Origin: a virus
Lineage: Duplodnaviria; Heunggongvirae; Uroviricota; Caudoviricetes
Strand: one strand, 5' to 3'
Length of the DNA: 22,140 nucleotides
Virus record (IMG/VR): IMGVR_UViG_2579779149_000003
The notes under the pieces were generated by a model. That model ran no database searches. It worked only from the letters and a program-made list of their open reading frames with translations, and was not told where the DNA came from. Below, one piece after another: positions 11,862 to 18,903 of the stretch; position 1 is the first letter of the stretch, and each line of letters starts with the position of its first letter. Made by a program: the position numbers and the translations under genes.

Positions 11862-11920
11862 CTTAAACGTCTTTCAGTCACTCCGGGATTTCCCATCATC
11901 GCAGACTGAAAGACTCTGAC

Positions 11921-11995
<75 letters not shown>

Positions 11996-11998
11996 ATA

Positions 11999-12074
<76 letters not shown>

Positions 12075-12076
12075 AC

Positions 12077-12153
12077 TGGACCGCCACCGGGGACTCGAAC
12101 CTCGCACACTCAACTTAAAGGGTTGACGCTCTTTCCTGATGAGCTAGTGGCGG
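12077..12153 (-). tRNA. tRNA-like gene with atypical anticodon loop CCUUUAA (anticodon UUU by position, C at position 33); identity uncertain
   Basis: Acceptor CCGCCAC/GUGGCGG, D-arm GCUC...GAGC, anticodon stem UCAAC/GUUGA, T-arm CGAGG-UUCGAGU-CCCCG (one mismatch), encoded CCA. Packed 2 nt and 1 nt from neighbouring tRNAs. Confidence 0.45.
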
Positions 12154-12154
12154 T

Positions 12155-12230
12155 TGGTGGCCCTTGCTGGATTTGAACCAGCGACCTGGCGATTATGAGT
12201 CGCTCGCTCTCACCACTGAGCTAAAGGGCC
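12155..12230 (-). tRNA. ileZ: tRNA with anticodon CAU (IleX/IleZ-like tRNA-Ile2, or Met)
   Basis: Reverse complement GGCCCUUUAGCUCAGUGGUGAGAGCGAGCGACUCAUAAUCGCCAGGUCGCUGGUUCAAAUCCAGCAAGGGCCACCA closely resembles E. coli tRNA-Ile2 (ileX) and the ileZ gene of lambdoid prophages; T-arm GCUGG/CCAGC is perfect. Confidence 0.8.
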
Positions 12231-12350
12231 GGGCGCAGGATAATAACGTTACGAAATCAATGTTGCAAGCATTCAAAAATCACCTGGTTAAAAATCACCC
12301 TTATCTCCTCCACCAGCGCATTCACCATGTCTATCCGAGATAAGTGACAC

Positions 12351-12372
12351 AAAAAAACCGCTTGATGCGGGT
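12351..12372 (-). terminator. Weak terminator-like hairpin with U7 on the minus strand (possible tR'-like element of the late promoter region)
   Basis: Minus-strand RNA CCGC-AUCAA-GCGG followed by UUUUUUU (plus strand a-run 12351..12357). The stem is only 4-5 bp. Confidence 0.3.
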
Positions 12373-12419
12373 TTAAGTTGTGTGGCGAAGCGACCACTCT
12401 TAACAGATTAAGATAGTTT

Positions 12420-12449
12420 TTGCGTACGCGTTAGTGATTTTTTCATAAT
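12420..12449 (+). promoter_or_regulatory. Candidate sigma-70 promoter for the three-gene membrane cassette
   Basis: TTGCGT (12420..12425), 18-bp spacer, CATAAT (12444..12449), about 45 nt upstream of the proposed start at 12495. Confidence 0.3.
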
Positions 12450-12494
12450 TATCTGTATCCTGTGGCTATTTCTCTTGCGCAAAGGATGCTTTTG

Positions 12495-13373
12495 ATGACG
12501 CAGCAACTCGAAAACATGCCAATAACAGAAATCGAAATTGCCTACGGTGGAGAGGCATACGCAGATAATCAGATCGACGCGAAAACATTAGGCGAAGCCT
12601 TAACCTCTCTTAGTGCCCTGATTGAACACGCCGAAAAAATAATTAATGGCGAAACAGCAGAGCCGAAAGTCAACATCAAGGCAACAAAAGAAGGTTCATT
12701 TACTTTGCTTGTTGCTGTGATGGGGAGCATAAAAACTATTAACGCCCTTGGCCTCGTTGCAGGTGGTGGAGTTGCCGCAGGTGGCGTACTCGGGATAATC
12801 GAATGGCTCAAAGGGCGTAAAATCAGCTCCATTGTCGTCGATGAACAAAAAGATACAGCAGAAATCGAAGTGGATGGTGAGAAGGTTAAATGCAGTAACG
12901 ACATTCAAAAATTAATAACCAGTCCAATCATCCGAAAAGAACTGGATAAATTAATCTATAAACCCCTGCAGACTGAAAAACCATCCACGTTCTCAGTTTC
13001 ACAGCAGAAGCATAAGGTAGTCAGGGTGACGCAAGCTGAAGCAGTAAGTTTTAAAACTGCAAAATCCACCTTTGTCGAGAAAACGCACGTAACGACACGC
13101 CAAGCTAATGTACATTTTGCTAATGTTCGATTCAAGCAAGGCAAAAGCTGGGATATCATCCTGCCAAATGGCGAAGAAGTTAGCGCATCTATGAAAGATG
13201 AGGCTTTTCTTGAACGGGTTGAACACAACCAAGCAGCATTCTGTAAGGGTGATCTTTTTGTTGTAGAACTGACAGAAACAACAAAAGAAACAAATGGCGC
13301 GCTGTCTAAACCACGCTATAGTATTACTAAGGTTATACGCCACAGAGCGGCGGCAGATAGGAAACTACTTTAA
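12495..13373 (+). CDS. Hypothetical membrane-associated protein (about 292 aa), first gene of an AT-rich three-gene cassette
   Basis: ORF open from 12462 (GTG); the preferred start ATG 12495 (MTQQLENMPITEIEIAYGGE...) has AAGGA 9 nt upstream. Central glycine-rich hydrophobic segment SFTLLVAVMGSIKTINALGLVAGGGVAAGGVLGIIEWL flanked by soluble N- and C-terminal regions. No family recognised. Confidence 0.65.
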   Translation: MTQQLENMPITEIEIAYGGEAYADNQIDAKTLGEALTSLSALIEHAEKIINGETAEPKVNIKATKEGSFTLLVAVMGSIKTINALGLVAGGGVAAGGVLGIIEWLKGRKISSIVVDEQKDTAEIEVDGEKVKCSNDIQKLITSPIIRKELDKLIYKPLQTEKPSTFSVSQQKHKVVRVTQAEAVSFKTAKSTFVEKTHVTTRQANVHFANVRFKQGKSWDIILPNGEEVSASMKDEAFLERVEHNQAAFCKGDLFVVELTETTKETNGALSKPRYSITKVIRHRAAADRKLL

Positions 13374-13376
13374 ATC

Positions 13377-13622
13377 ATGTCAATCCTAAGCATTATGCTT
13401 TACATCACTGTATTCATGGCTGTCGCAGCGACGGTCAGATATGCTGTGCTTAGGTTCTTGGTTTGGGTAAAGCCGAATGCGTATATTGAACTAACCTACA
13501 CCGATCCTGAAGGCAGAACCGCTAAAAGGAAAGTCAGCGTTAGAAACGAAAATGACGCAGAAGAGTTGGCGCTACTGCTACGCGAACTCAAAACTCGCAA
13601 CGAAGCAAGTGCAGGAAGGTGA
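13377..13622 (+). CDS. Hypothetical small membrane protein (81 aa, one N-terminal TM helix)
   Basis: MSILSIMLYITVFMAVAATVRYAVLRFLVWV... then a charged tail; starts 3 nt after the stop of the upstream gene. Confidence 0.6.
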   Translation: MSILSIMLYITVFMAVAATVRYAVLRFLVWVKPNAYIELTYTDPEGRTAKRKVSVRNENDAEELALLLRELKTRNEASAGR

Positions 13623-14009
13623 ATGGCGAACACTAAATCCTACCTGGCAATGCAGGCATGGTTTACCACCCTTATCACTGCGGGATTGAATTTCCTTTTT
13701 GACTGGCTTCCTCAATTAGCCTTCTTCAAATCATTGGCGCCTGGAGCTGCTGTCGGCTTATCTCATGTGGTAATTCTTCTTATCGCTTACATAGGTTTGC
13801 CTACGCTTAATGATGTAAGAATGAAAAGGGAAATAAAAACGGCCAGAAAATTCATCACGAACTGCCTGGCCAACCCTAACCTAACACCAGACCAAATTGC
13901 GCACTACAACCAATGTCTTATCGATCTAGACAATAAGCTATTAAAAAACATAAATATTCGTATTGATGCTTTATCTGACGCCGAATCGAAAGCTCAAGCA
14001 AACGAGTAG
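13623..14009 (+). CDS. Hypothetical membrane protein (128 aa, two predicted TM helices)
   Basis: MANTKSYLAMQAWFTTLITAGLNFLFDWLPQLAFFKSLAPGAAVGLSHVVILLIAYIGL... then a soluble tail; the ATG directly abuts the upstream stop (tgaATG). Confidence 0.6.
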   Translation: MANTKSYLAMQAWFTTLITAGLNFLFDWLPQLAFFKSLAPGAAVGLSHVVILLIAYIGLPTLNDVRMKREIKTARKFITNCLANPNLTPDQIAHYNQCLIDLDNKLLKNINIRIDALSDAESKAQANE

Positions 14010-14022
14010 TAACAGTCATAAC

Positions 14023-14382
14023 TTATGATAGAATCAAGCATATACATCCATCAATAAAGCCTAATGCAGTTTGCAGCTCCTTTCTTATAGTTCCATCTGA
14101 GCACCTGCGTTTCTTCGCGATTGAGCGTAGAGAAACACCAATAACAAAGTGAGCTATGAGCAGCTCATATTCCTCTGGTTTATACTTTCGCAACCGAGCC
14201 ACACAACCGTCTATCATGATGCCTTCATCATCATCACACTGGAGACGTGACTTTTTGCCATGTGGCAAAAGCCCCTTGAAGCCCGCTGCTATCGGTTGCC
14301 AATCGACACCGCTATTTTCTGCTGCAGCCCATGCCCCCCAGCGATCTAAAACCTCATACATATCACGCCCCATTACCATCAC
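14023..14382 (-). CDS. Q: Late-gene antiterminator Q (QuuD/Phage_antitermQ-type, about 116-119 aa)
   Basis: MMVMGRDMYEVLDRWGAWAAAENSGVDWQPIAAGFKGLLPHGKKSRLQCDDD...CSDGTIRKELQTALGFIDG aligns by eye with DLP12 QuuD (ERWGAWAA, IAAGFKGL, KSRPQC, CSDG). The start may be the internal ATG at 14373. Confidence 0.85.
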   Translation of the reverse strand: MMVMGRDMYEVLDRWGAWAAAENSGVDWQPIAAGFKGLLPHGKKSRLQCDDDEGIMIDGCVARLRKYKPEEYELLIAHFVIGVSLRSIAKKRRCSDGTIRKELQTALGFIDGCICLILS

Positions 14383-14740
14383 CTCTGATTTCGCAAATCT
14401 TCACGCCCAGTCGCCCACCAGGAACGAGCTGACCGCGCACAATATTGATTTCATCAAACTGCTCGTCGTCTATGAGAAGCCCCGCATGCGTCAGTGCATC
14501 CAGCGGTGCTTTCAGGATATTGTCCAGGTCCCGACGGCGCTTATCCGGCGGCTCTGCAGTAATTTTTATTGCCAGTCTTCCGGACAGGTTTAATTTCAGC
14601 CGCTGCTGGCGAACAATTAGCGCCACATCACGGCGATAACGCTTTCCGGCCTCCGAGATGAAATACGTATTGCCATGACGTCGCCAGTAGGTATTCACCG
14701 TCGGCGGGTAAGGCAAAACAAATTCTATGCGTTCAGTCAT
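14363..14740 (-). CDS. rusA: Holliday-junction resolvase RusA
   Basis: MTERIEFVLPYPPTVNTYWRRHGNTYFISEAGKRYRRDV...PDKRRRDLDNILKAPLDALTHAGLLIDDEQ shows the conserved RusA motifs (PPS/TVN, DxRRRDLDN, DDxQ); typical nin-region position before Q. Confidence 0.9.
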   Translation of the reverse strand: MTERIEFVLPYPPTVNTYWRRHGNTYFISEAGKRYRRDVALIVRQQRLKLNLSGRLAIKITAEPPDKRRRDLDNILKAPLDALTHAGLLIDDEQFDEINIVRGQLVPGGRLGVKICEIRGDGNGA

Positions 14741-15724
14741 TCATGCTTTCCACTTCAGGACACCCGAATTTCTCGCGTGCATTAAAAAACGAATCAGCAA
14801 CAACAGCTGGCTGCCGTGTTTTTCTTCAAAATCTTTTACCCCGGCGTGCAGTTCGTTATGACATTTACGGCACAGCGGAATAACAAACAAATCATCAGCC
14901 TTTGTTCCCATCCCTCCCAGTCCATGACCAATGATGTGATGCGGATCATCTGCCTGATTACCGCACGTCATGCATTTCTGCGTTTTTACCCAGCGCGTGT
15001 ATACAGGCATCTCTTCCCGTTGTGGTTTCTGGCGCTGGAGATACTGAGCCGGTGACTCCGGATCAACAGCAATGCTGACCACCGTCTTTTCCTGTGGCGG
15101 TTTTTGCTGGTGGGCGTGAGGCAGCGGCGCAAGATTTTTTGTGCGCTGCTTCAGTATGCTGGTGGCGGTCTGCTCTCCCGGTACGATGTCGCTTTCACGG
15201 TACATTGAACGGATTTTTTCCGCACGCAACCCCAGCGAACGACGTAATACCGCTTCCGGTAGCGCGTCCGCCACCTGATTGCGGACCGCCCACCAGGATA
15301 ATTCAGCCAGAGATAATTCACGCTCCTGCGTACCGCTTATTGCGTGACCGATGACGTCAATCATCCATGCTGACAGGTTTTGATGAGCAAGTTGCCCGAG
15401 TGATTCGGATGTCTGGTCACGCAACTGGTTGTCGCAGTGCCAGCACAACACCATCGCGCCGGTACCGTAACGATGTATGACGATTTCACTGTGATGATAG
15501 TCACCATGAGGCCACTGGCAGGATTTGACATGACGCAACAGCCAGTCAGACAGTGCCCCAGCGCCGCCAGCAGCACGAATCACCCGCTCATCGCTGAAAA
15601 ATGGCAGTAATGATTTATCCTCCGCCAGCGGCTGGCGAACGGCAGGGACGACTCCGGACGGCAGACCGCGCATGCTTTTCGGTTCAGGCTCCACCAGCAC
15701 TCGAGGGTTATGAAATACTTGCAT
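14741..15724 (-). CDS. DUF968-type protein with C-terminal HNH-like zinc finger (YdfU-like)
   Basis: C-terminus CMTCGNQADDPHHIIGHGLGGMGTKADDLFVIPLCRKCHNELHAG (CxxC...HH...CxxCH). The ORF is open to 15868, but the start is placed at the internal ATG 15724 (MQVFHNPRVLVEPEP) because the extension overlaps the neighbouring gene in another frame; start uncertain. Confidence 0.7.
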   Translation of the reverse strand: MQVFHNPRVLVEPEPKSMRGLPSGVVPAVRQPLAEDKSLLPFFSDERVIRAAGGAGALSDWLLRHVKSCQWPHGDYHHSEIVIHRYGTGAMVLCWHCDNQLRDQTSESLGQLAHQNLSAWMIDVIGHAISGTQERELSLAELSWWAVRNQVADALPEAVLRRSLGLRAEKIRSMYRESDIVPGEQTATSILKQRTKNLAPLPHAHQQKPPQEKTVVSIAVDPESPAQYLQRQKPQREEMPVYTRWVKTQKCMTCGNQADDPHHIIGHGLGGMGTKADDLFVIPLCRKCHNELHAGVKDFEEKHGSQLLLLIRFLMHARNSGVLKWKA

Positions 15725-15797
15725 GGATTCACGGCCCGGCCTAAGGACCACCAGCCCGAGTTCCGGTACCAGAACAGGTCGAAGTAATATCCGCACG

Positions 15798-16076
15798 TTA
15801 CCTCCAGATCCGTTGCTGGTATGTGCGGGATGGGCGCGGTGGGCGTTCGGAATAAGGGAGCCTGACATAGATTATCCAGTGACGATAATCGAGGCTGAGG
15901 GCTTTCTTAATCTCGTATCCGCGTCTGCGATAGTTATGAATTAGCCATTCGGCCTGTTCTTCAGTACATGGGTCATGCTGGAACCAGTCAGATTTGAAAG
16001 TGCGGGAACGCCGCCCGTGCCTGCTGGCAAAGACGGCAGAATCATCAGAATTGTGTAATTTGGTATCGTGCGCCAT
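15798..16076 (-). CDS. Hypothetical nin-region protein (about 93 aa from the internal ATG)
   Basis: ORF 15798..16157; preferred start ATG 16076 (MAHDTKLHNSDDSAVFASRHGRRSRTFKSDWFQHDPCTEEQAEWLIHNYRRRGYEIKK...). No family recognised and the C-terminal end is unusual. Confidence 0.4.
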   Translation of the reverse strand: MAHDTKLHNSDDSAVFASRHGRRSRTFKSDWFQHDPCTEEQAEWLIHNYRRRGYEIKKALSLDYRHWIIYVRLPYSERPPRPSRTYQQRIWR

Positions 16077-16149
16077 CGGTTGTCTCTGCTGGCGCAGCAG
16101 GTGCCAGTTGTTCAGGCTGGCGTGCGAATTGTAAACCAGAATGCCAGGA

Positions 16150-16174
16150 AAAAACAAAACCCGCCGAAGCGGGT
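16150..16174 (-). terminator. Rho-independent terminator downstream of the lipoprotein gene
   Basis: Minus-strand RNA CCCGC-UUCG-GCGGG followed by UUUUGUUUUU (stem 16060-series plus coordinates 16160..16173; a-run 16150..16159). Confidence 0.5.
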
Positions 16175-16372
16175 ATGCTAAAACAAACTGAAAGTAATAT
16201 ACCGGACTTGTAAAGGAACGATAGAATAATTATTGGATTAAACCCTGACTCAATCCAGATTTTATAGGCAACAACTACGGACTAATCATCACAGTCATGT
16301 TTGATAGGCTTAGTCCACATTGGGTGAGGGTTTACGGCGTTTTCACTAATAATTTATCGTCCAAACTATACA

Positions 16373-16765
16373 CTACTGCCCTGTTTTAACGAAGTTTTTA
16401 AAGGAAACAACTGCCTGATAGGGGTTTGGTTGACAGCCAAACATATTATCGCAAAAAGGCTTGATGAAAATTCTTGAGGATCCATCTTCATTTGGCATTT
16501 TACTCACTTGATAAGCGAGGAATGGACTATTTGGAGAGGGATTATAAGTGGAAATTAGCGTGTCTGTCGCCGTTTGAATTTTCCATGAGGAATTATTAGC
16601 CAACCAGAATTGCGCTCGTTTCCAATAAAAGTCACATTGCTTTTCATCATTACATGTTAGTGGCTTCATTGCTTCTGCTTTCAACGCTGGATCGACCTTT
16701 GCTGCACACCCTCCCAACATTACTGTTGCAATCATTACACCTGCGACTAAAACAAGTTTCTTCAT
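16373..16765 (-). CDS. Putative lipoprotein (130 aa), AT-rich moron
   Basis: MKKLVLVAGVMIATVMLGGCAAK... has a signal peptide with canonical lipobox LGGC; flanked by terminator-like hairpins sharing the 13-mer CGCCGAAGCGGGT. No family recognised. Confidence 0.7.
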   Translation of the reverse strand: MKKLVLVAGVMIATVMLGGCAAKVDPALKAEAMKPLTCNDEKQCDFYWKRAQFWLANNSSWKIQTATDTLISTYNPSPNSPFLAYQVSKMPNEDGSSRIFIKPFCDNMFGCQPNPYQAVVSFKNFVKTGQ

Positions 16766-16908
16766 CTCCCTGCCCCATCAATAAAAGTTCGGTTCTCTAA
16801 TAACTAGAGTTAATCAACGGAAAAAACGCCGAAGCGGGTTAAGTGCGGGTGCGTTGAGGATGCCTGACACATCAGAGGTGGCGAGGGATTTCTCCCCCGC
16901 CAGGTCTC

Positions 16909-17064
16909 TTACTCCTCAGGTTCGTAAGCTGTGAAGACAGCGACCTCCGTCTGGCCGGTTCGGATTCGTACCTCGCAGAGGTCTTTCCTCGTTACCAGTG
17001 CCGTCACAATGACGGTTAAACAGATGACGATCAGGGCGATTAACATCGCCTTTTGCTGCTTCAT
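16909..17064 (-). CDS. hokD: Hok-family type I toxin (HokD/RelF-like, 51 aa)
   Basis: From the internal ATG at 17064: MKQQKAMLIALIVICLTVIVTALVTRKDLCEVRIRTGQTEVAVFTAYEPEE, recognised as HokD/RelF. The in-frame upstream extension (ORF from 17121) is probably leader sequence. Confidence 0.85.
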   Translation of the reverse strand: MKQQKAMLIALIVICLTVIVTALVTRKDLCEVRIRTGQTEVAVFTAYEPEE

Positions 17065-17275
17065 AGCCTGCTTCTCCTTGCCTTTCGGCACGTAAGAGGC
17101 TAACCTAGATTTGCCGTTCATAGATTGAGCCTCAGATTAATGTTAAGCGTCTTGCAGGACGCGTAATGTTAACTGGGGCTTTTCTCTATCTGCCTTTGGT
17201 GTTCATGCCTGAGACAGATAGCCTCAAGCACCCGCAGCCATTCTACTTAACTCCCGTTACCTCGCCAATATAAAA

Positions 17276-17365
17276 TCAATCAGAAAGGCGATCCATAAGA
17301 ACAACAGCAAGACAATAAATTGCCATTACAGCTGCAATAGCCAGCGCACATTTGAGAACCAGCAC
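17276..17365 (-). CDS. Candidate small hydrophobic peptide (29 codons, GTG start) with consensus SD; type-I-toxin-like
   Basis: Minus strand reads AGGAGG-ttgtc-GTG CTG GTT CTC AAA TGT ... GAT TGA, giving (M)LVLKCALAIAAVMAIYCLAVVLMDRLSD. It is in a different frame from the rejected 107-aa ORF 17280..17603. Confidence 0.3.
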   Translation of the reverse strand: MLVLKCALAIAAVMAIYCLAVVLMDRLSD

Positions 17366-17650
17366 GACAACCTCCTGTATTGGACGTACACCAGTCCTGA
17401 TAAATATGAGGCTGTCTCATCATTGATTCAATATAACTATTGGGTATAGTTTCTGTGATTTTGTTCTGTAGAAATGGAACACAACAACCAGTCACCACCA
17501 GCACTTCTTTAAATACGCCAAGTCCGACGCAAGCTAACCTTCTAGTCCGCTTTGGGCGAAGACCGGACGTTCGATAGGTGTGAACTAGTAACTTTAAAAA
17601 CATTTAATTACCAGTAAAAAAACAAGAATATACTATCACTTTTCCAATTT

Positions 17651-18688
17651 TTAATTACCCTTATCAATTTTAAGAAATACATTTCCAATCTCATCAGAAT
17701 AATCCTGTATTATTTTTGAAATGACGGCATGATCAATGGTTGGTTTTAAAAATAAAAGTGTCACAGTAATCTGCATCAAACTAATAGCAGTAGCATGGGC
17801 TGGATCAGCCATTCCTGAATCACTTTGCCCGACCAATAATATATCATCACCAGTTTCACAGAGACCAAGCCTATTTCTCATTGCCTTGGAACCGGTGTGT
17901 ACATTCTGACTCGCCCACTTATAATAAGGGCGCATGTGTTCTAACTGAACATCTTTCTCAATAGCTCCAAACCCCACTTTATTATGGTTAGGGAAAATAT
18001 AAGATGCCCAGCCATAATTATCTGCATATTTTTTGCCATATTTTTTTATTAATATATCAAATTGAACTTTACACTCAGCTATTTCTTCAATAGTTGGACC
18101 TTTTGCTTCTAACCGGTGCTCGTACTTTTTGTGTTCCAACATTCCAGTATATGAATCAACCACTTCATGGTAGTAAAAGCGCTCAGCACACTCTTTTCCA
18201 TGCTTTGCTATAAACATAGCTGTGGCCGCTACCTCATGAAGTGCTCGCCATCTCGCTTGGGCAGCATCTGCAAATCCATTCTTTAAGAGACACAAAATTT
18301 CGTTGGCGATGTGGCAAGCTCTTGCGTGATGCCGAACGACTAAATCAAAAACCACATCCTCTTCAGAGGCAGCTTGTGGTCTATAAGAACGATTGAACTC
18401 TTCACCGGACTCCGTGCATATCACTATAAGTGTTTCGAGCAAATCAAAAGCCTCTGCCCATCTTGAAATATTTCTCTCAACAAATTCATCACAAAGAGAA
18501 CGATGTTCTCTAAGCATTGCATTGGCCGAGCCAATAAGAGATTTTTTAACGACAATGGCTATTTTGGGAATTAGGTTATTAATTTCTTTTTCGATATCAG
18601 CGTCACCAGATAAATCAAGTCTCTCTTTTAAAAGGCTGTCTATGTGCTCAAGCAAAATATTATGAAAAGTATCCATGTCATATCTCAA
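17651..18688 (-). CDS. Hypothetical 345-aa protein, AT-rich orphan gene (candidate defence or abortive-infection gene)
   Basis: Long ORF MRYDMDTFHNILLEHIDSLLKERLDLSGDADIEKEINNLIPK... with K/I/N/E-rich composition, flanked by AT-rich intergenic regions. No family recognised. Confidence 0.7.
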   Translation of the reverse strand: MRYDMDTFHNILLEHIDSLLKERLDLSGDADIEKEINNLIPKIAIVVKKSLIGSANAMLREHRSLCDEFVERNISRWAEAFDLLETLIVICTESGEEFNRSYRPQAASEEDVVFDLVVRHHARACHIANEILCLLKNGFADAAQARWRALHEVAATAMFIAKHGKECAERFYYHEVVDSYTGMLEHKKYEHRLEAKGPTIEEIAECKVQFDILIKKYGKKYADNYGWASYIFPNHNKVGFGAIEKDVQLEHMRPYYKWASQNVHTGSKAMRNRLGLCETGDDILLVGQSDSGMADPAHATAISLMQITVTLLFLKPTIDHAVISKIIQDYSDEIGNVFLKIDKGN

Positions 18689-18903
18689 TAAGTTTTAAAT
18701 CCATGTGGCACACCCATAATATAAAAATAAACAGCATGCCAGTCTAAGTCTGGCTATTTGTATATCATATCACCTGAAACATTGACAGATGTAACCCACC
18801 AAAATATTATCAATGACCACTCTTGGCACAAAGCGAACAACCACGCTAGCTCTACCTTGTGCCATGAAAATGTCAATGCATATCTGAACTAATGCCCTTT
18901 AAT

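Noticed and set aside
11790-11906. 38-codon minus-strand ORF (MNDRLFLQNCC...) spanning the 16-bp inverted repeat
   Set aside because: No SD, and its start lies within a palindromic arm that reads ATGAATGATCGCC on both strands; more likely a consequence of the repeat than a gene.
12462-14009. Shiga-toxin operon (stxAB) at the Q-to-S moron site
   Set aside because: Wrong strand relative to the late genes, three genes rather than two, and no signal peptides or resemblance to StxA/StxB.
14741-15868. Full 375-aa extent of the DUF968-like ORF
   Set aside because: The N-terminal 48 codons are Pro/Arg/Gly-rich and overlap the neighbouring gene in another frame; the internal ATG at 15724 is preferred, though a non-ATG start in between cannot be excluded.
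17280-17603. 107-aa minus-strand ORF from the six-frame track
   Set aside because: Cys-rich low-complexity C-terminus and AT-rich non-coding-like upstream part; the strong SD in this region serves a different frame (the 29-codon ORF 17276..17365).
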